This document shows positions 54,493 to 64,000 of a stretch of DNA of 64,000 nt, in pieces. Within the stretch, counting starts at the first letter, position 1, and the number at the start of each line of letters is the position of its first letter. A model generated the notes under the pieces. It was given only the letters and a program-made list of their open reading frames with translations. It was not told the origin of the DNA and did not search any database. Location: NCBI RefSeq assembly GCF_009914755.1, contig NC_060941.1; one strand, given 5' to 3'. The translations under genes were made by a program, and so were the position numbers. The stretch is from the human T2T-CHM13v2.0 reference genome, Homo sapiens.

Positions 54493-55431
54493 TGTATTAG
54501 TTTGCTCAGGCTGCCATGATGAAATACCATGTCATCATTTTTCCTCTGTCTCAAGGACACAGGCACCCATGTCTGGGTGGCTTAAACCAGACATTTATTT
54601 TCTCACAGCTGTGGAGGGTAGACGTCCAGTATCAAGGTTCCAGCCAATTTGGTTTCTGGGGAAGGCTCTCTGCTTGGCTTGCAGATGGCTGTCTTCTCGC
54701 TATGTCCTCACGTGGCCTTTCCTCTGTGCAAGTGTGCAGGTTATGGGGAGGTGGTGGTGGGGCAGTTAGGGGAGTGCTGGGGAGAGGGAGGGAGAAAGGG
54801 AGAGGATGAGAGAGCTCTCTGGTGTCTCTTCTTTCTCCTTCTTCCTTTCTCCCTCCTCCCTCCTCCCCCCTCCTCCTCCTCCTCCTTCTCCTCCTTCCTC
54901 TACTTCTCCATCTCCATCTCCTTCTCCTTCTTTCTTCTTTCTTCTTCTCCTTCTCCTTCTTCTTCATCTCTTTTTTTGAGACAGGGTCTCACCCTGTCGC
55001 CCAGGCTGCAGTGCAGTAGCCCAGCGATCATGGTTCACTGTAGCCTCAGTCTCCTTGGCTCCAGTGATCATGGTTCACTGTAGCCTCGGTCTCCTTGGCT
55101 CAAGGGATCCTCCCACCTCAGCCTTCTGAGTAGCTGGGACCACAATCATGCACCACCATGCCCAGCTAATTTTTAAATTTTTTGTAGAGATGGCATCTCA
55201 CTATGTTGCCCAGGCTGGTCTGAAACTCCATGGTTCAAGCCATCCTCCTGTCTTGACCTCTCAAAGTGTTGGGATTACAGGTCTGAGCCACTGCTTCTGG
55301 CCAGGGCCTCAAATTTATGACTTCATTGAACCTTAATTACTTCCAATTAATTATTCCAAATATAGCCATGCCATGAGTTGGGTCTTTAACGTATGAATTT
55401 TTTTGGGAACACATATATTCAGTCCATAACG
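54493..55431 (-). mobile_element. MLT1 (MaLR) solo LTR interrupted by a CT-rich low-complexity tract (~54825-54970) and an Alu
   Basis: Begins TGTATTAGTTTGCTCAGGCTGCCAT, contains GGCTTGCAGATGGCTGTCTTCTCGCTATGTCCTCACGTGG, ends ATTCAGTCCATAAC. Confidence 0.8.
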
Positions 55432-55443
55432 CTATACTCTAAT

Positions 55444-57400
<1,957 letters not shown>

Positions 57401-57660
57401 AGAAAACACCACAAACATAAGAGTATGCATGTTTATACATATCTCTTGATATCAAAATAATTAGAAAAAATCTAGAGGAGGTGGATTAGTCCACATACTG
57501 AATTTCATGGGTTAACTGAAATTTAGACAAATGATTGAAGACTCTCTGTCTAGACAAAGTGGCAGCTGCATCAGGGAGACCTGGGACTCAACTGTCCTTC
57601 CTCATCCACTTTCCCGGCCACAGTTGAAATTCTTGTCTGTAGGTTGCTGGCGCCACCTGA

Positions 57661-57855
<195 letters not shown>

Positions 57856-57961
57856 TGAGTAGCTGGGACTGCAGGTACGCACCACCATGCCCAGCTAATT
57901 TTTGTATTTTTAGTAGAGACAAGGTTTCACCATATTGGTCAGGCGGGTCTTGAACTCCTGA

Positions 57962-58262
<301 letters not shown>

Positions 58263-58699
58263 TGATCCGCCCACCTGAGCTTCCCGAAGTCCTGGGATTA
58301 CAGGCCTGAGCCACCACGCCCAGCCTCTTGTTCTCTTTCAACATTCAGTTTACTTAATTGTGCTTCCTCACGCAAAGGATAACCTTCCTCACACAAACAC
58401 CCTTTCCTGCTCCCCTTTTCTTCCAACTGTTGCCTGCTGCCTCAGGAAAATCTCTCTGTCTCCTTCTTCATGGCAGGAGTAGCTGAGTGGGAACTGCCAT
58501 TGTATAGTACCTGCGACAGCCTGGCAGGTGTGAAGTGCTTTGTCTGCAGTATCTCATTTAATTCTCACATGAACCCTGTGTGCTAATAGTACTCCCATTT
58601 TATAGGAGAGGAACCTAAACTCAGAGCTCAGGGCACTTTCCTAGGTACATGGGAAATAGCAGAAGCCCAAGGGGAGTGTGGGATTGTCTTCAAAGCTCA

Positions 58700-60020
<1,321 letters not shown>

Positions 60021-61204
60021 TTAGGGCAGTTGGCCAGTCACACAAGCTGAAGGCTGGGCTGAAACAAAATAATATGTGAATGTTGGGTGCAATTGTTTTG
60101 AGTAGAGACTAAAGGGGCAGAACTGTTCTTTGTTCTCTGAGAAGGCTGAAATGTCCACTGCATTGCATAATTTAACACCTAGTCCTTGTCAAGAGAAGGG
60201 AATTCCCTTGATTTTGAAAAGTCCTAATACAATCATTTATATCCGTCTCCGCACAGCCCAGCCCCTCTGGGTTCAGCCCGTCTCCTGTCATTCTTACAAC
60301 CCACATCCCATATTAAGCAGTGATTATTAGGATGATGGGAGATGTCACCTGCTTACCCAGTTTGGACATGTTTGTCCATCTCTGCTGGTAATGCTGCTTT
60401 TACCCTTGTGGGATCTGGTGACTTTCAACAATTGCCCATTAGTGCTGGAAATGGGCCCAGATTCTTCCAACATTTTGGCACCAAAGACACTGCCAAGAAC
60501 AATCTCAACTTCCTTGGGTCCAGCACTGTTAGGTCAAATTACATGCTCAATCACAAGTGGAGAAGAGTCTAGTTTTGAGCATCGGTTGAGTACAACTTTA
60601 CAAAATTGCTGATTCAGGGGTGGCCCTATGGAAAAATAAGGAAATGCCAAATAGAGTTTAAAAGGTATGTCTAATGAGACAAGAAAGATGAGGAGAAGCA
60701 GAAACCCAGATGGATTTGAAATATCTGCAGGCTTGTCATGGTGACTCCTGCCTGTAATCTTGGAATTTTGGGAGGCAGAGGCAGGAGGATTGCTTGAGCC
60801 CAGGAGTTTGAGATCAGTTTGGGCAACACAGGGAGACTCCACCTCTACAAAAAATGCAAAAAATTAGCGGAGCATTGTGGCACACACCTATAGCTCCAGC
60901 TACTCAGGAGGCTGAAGCGGGAGGATCACTTGAGCCTGGGAGTTGGAGGCTGCAGTGAGCCCACATCACAGCACTGTACTGCAGCCTGGGCAACAGTGTG
61001 AGATTCCGTTTCAAAAATAAAAATAAAAGAAATATCTGCAAACATCTGCTCCTTACACTGGTTGCACACATACTTCACCTCAATTCCATTTGAAAGTCTC
61101 CCCTATTTTAAGTTTTCTAATATCCACAGTCAAGATCAACCAGTCTCATAAGTCAGTCATCTAGTTTCTGCATTTTGGATCTCTGACCTTCAGATATTAT
61201 ATAG

Positions 61205-61667
61205 AAATTGTGGACTCTAGTGTCAGCCATTGTTTCTCATCTAATCCTATAAAAAAGTTGAATTCAAATAACTATTGAGGCTGGGCGTGGTGGCTCACGT
61301 CTGTAATCCCAGTGCTTTGGGAGGCCGAGGCAGGTGGATTGACTGAGCTCAGGAGTTCGAGACCACCCTGGGCAACACGGTGAAACCCCATCTCTACTAA
61401 AATACAAAAAATTAGCTGGGCGTGGCGGCATGAGCCTGTAGTCCTAGTTACTCAGGAGACTGAGGCAGGAGAATTGCTTGAACCCGGGAGGCGGAGGTTG
61501 CAGTGAGCTAAGATTGCGCCGCTGTACTCCAGTCTGGAAAAGAGCAAGACTCCATCTCTAAAAAAAAAAAAAAAGAAAAAAAGAAAGAAAAAAAAATTGT
61601 GGACTCTAGTGTCAGTCAGTGTTTTTCATCCAATCCTACACAGAAGTTGAATTCAAATAACTATTGA
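61205..61667 (+). repeat. 74-bp direct repeat (61205-61278 and 61594-61667) flanking an Alu
   Basis: Ungapped hand alignment, 7 mismatches in 74. Confidence 0.93.
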
Positions 61668-61751
61668 GGCCGGGGGTGGGGGCTGGCTCACGCCTGTAAT
61701 CCCAGAACTTTGGGAGGTTGAGGTGGGCAAATAACTTAAGGTCAGGAGTTA

Positions 61752-61976
<225 letters not shown>

Positions 61977-62023
61977 TCACACCTGTAATCCCAGCACTTT
62001 GGGAGGCTGAGGCAGGTGGATCA

Positions 62024-62340
<317 letters not shown>

Positions 62341-62484
62341 TTACCACTTTTACCCTGTGCCTAAAATTCCTGCCATTAGACTTCTGTGTTAAGGTACTGT
62401 TTCTTGAAGGTCACTGTTAAAATTCGAGGTAATCTCAGAAGACTTTCCATATAAGGATTTTTTTTTTTTCGAGATGGAGTTTAG

Positions 62485-62688
<204 letters not shown>

Positions 62689-62874
62689 TGAACTCCTGAC
62701 CTCAAGTGATCCACCCGCCTTGGCCTCCCAAAATGTTGGGTGGCATGAGCCACTGCCCCGGCCCCATGTAAGCATTTGTCAGTCAACCTGTACAGACCAT
62801 CTCTGGTCAGTTCTGTGCCACAGGTGCAATGCCTAAGGGTGGAGAACTGAGTGAGGAGATGGAAAATACTCTTA

Positions 62875-63093
<219 letters not shown>

Positions 63094-64000
63094 TTACAGT
63101 GAGCCGAAATCACGCCACTGCAGTCCAGCTTAGGCAACAGAGCAAGACTCTGTCTCAAAAAAATAAAAAAAAAAAGGAAAAACAAATATTCTCACAAGAC
63201 AACGCAAGCTACAACAAGTCAACTTAACTCAAATGCTAAGAGTCAGGAAGGGCAGTGGAGGAGTGGTTGGAGTGAGAAGAGAGGACTCAAGATGGCTTTG
63301 TGCGTGTGCTTGTTTCGAATGAGGTCTTAAAGTAACTCAAGTATTGAAGCCAGCTAAGTAACCCAAACGCCATCATTGTACAGGGTTTTATTTTGGTAGA
63401 AGGGGGATGCTTTATGCACACATAAGGCAAATGTGGATTTGCTGAATGTTAGATTTGAAGTTTCCTGTTTTGACCATTAGCTGACTATGAGAAAGATTTC
63501 ATCATAAAGAAGGGATCTTGTTGGAAGACTGAGTAGTTTATGAAAAATTTTTTTGGCTGGGTGTGGTGGCTCACAGTAATCCTGTTACTTTGGAGGGCTG
63601 AGACAGGAAGATGACTTGAGGCCAGGAGTTTGAGACCAGCCTGGGCATCATGGTGAGGCCTGTCTTTTTTTAAAAAAATGATAAATTAAATTAATTTTAA
63701 AAAATTTAATTGGACACATCTTGACCATTAGCTGAATAATGGTCAAAACAGTAGCAAGGCTGGGTGCGGTGGCTCACACCTGTAATCCCAGCACTATGGG
63801 AGGCTGAGGCAGGTGGATCACATGAGGTCAAGAGTTCAAGACCAGCCTGGCCAACATGGCAAACCTCATCTCTCCTAAAAAAAATAAATAAATAATTAGC
63901 CGGGCATGGTGGCAGGCACCTGTGATCCTAGGTACTTGAAAGGCTGAGGCAGGAGAATCCCTTGAACCTGGGAGGCAGAGGTTACAGTGAGCTGAGATCA

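Noticed and set aside
54632-55083. Arg/Glu-rich and Ser/Phe-rich ORFs
   Set aside because: Translations of a CT-rich low-complexity tract between an MLT1 LTR and an Alu tail.
60330-60420. - strand CTGG|GTAAGC donor that could end a KRAB-A exon
   Set aside because: Upstream translation does not resemble the KRAB-A consensus, and strand and position do not fit the fossil ZNF exon.

Overview
Human (hominoid) genomic DNA that I recognise as the 17p13.2 KIF1C-SLC52A1 interval. The + strand carries the last seven coding exons of the kinesin-3 gene KIF1C (5977-16476: FHA domain, stalk, proline-rich tail). Its 3'UTR has a GA-rich proximal element, a proximal poly(A) signal at 17007 and a distal one at 20705, with Alus in both orientations between them. 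A CpG island at about 23.9-24.2 kb has no obvious gene attached. The complete, very compact riboflavin transporter gene SLC52A1 follows on the - strand (four coding exons, 26934-25285, 448 aa; R70 and V271 alleles). The remaining ~36 kb has no intact gene. It is dominated by Alus (about 100 Alu pieces in the whole window by eye, roughly 40% of bases), plus a full-length antisense SVA (48.2-50.6 kb), MER58B, MER5, MLT1, MIR, L2 and old L1 fragments. Best leads: (1) a decayed poly(A)-like tract directly after the SLC52A1 AATAAA, suggesting this intron-containing gene is a retrocopy of an unspliced SLC52A2 transcript; (2) a fossil C2H2 zinc-finger exon at 55.4-57.4 kb that reads again once Alus are excised at their TSDs; (3) a 168-bp duplication in a KIF1C intron that copies a 5' splice site and frames a candidate 16-nt poison micro-exon; (4) alternative polyadenylation that toggles inverted Alus on or off the KIF1C mRNA; (5) the orphan CpG island with + strand splice sites pointing antisense across SLC52A1. 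Repeat boundaries and subfamily calls are by eye and approximate. KIF1C exon and residue numbering comes from my recollection of the 23-exon, 1103-aa reference.
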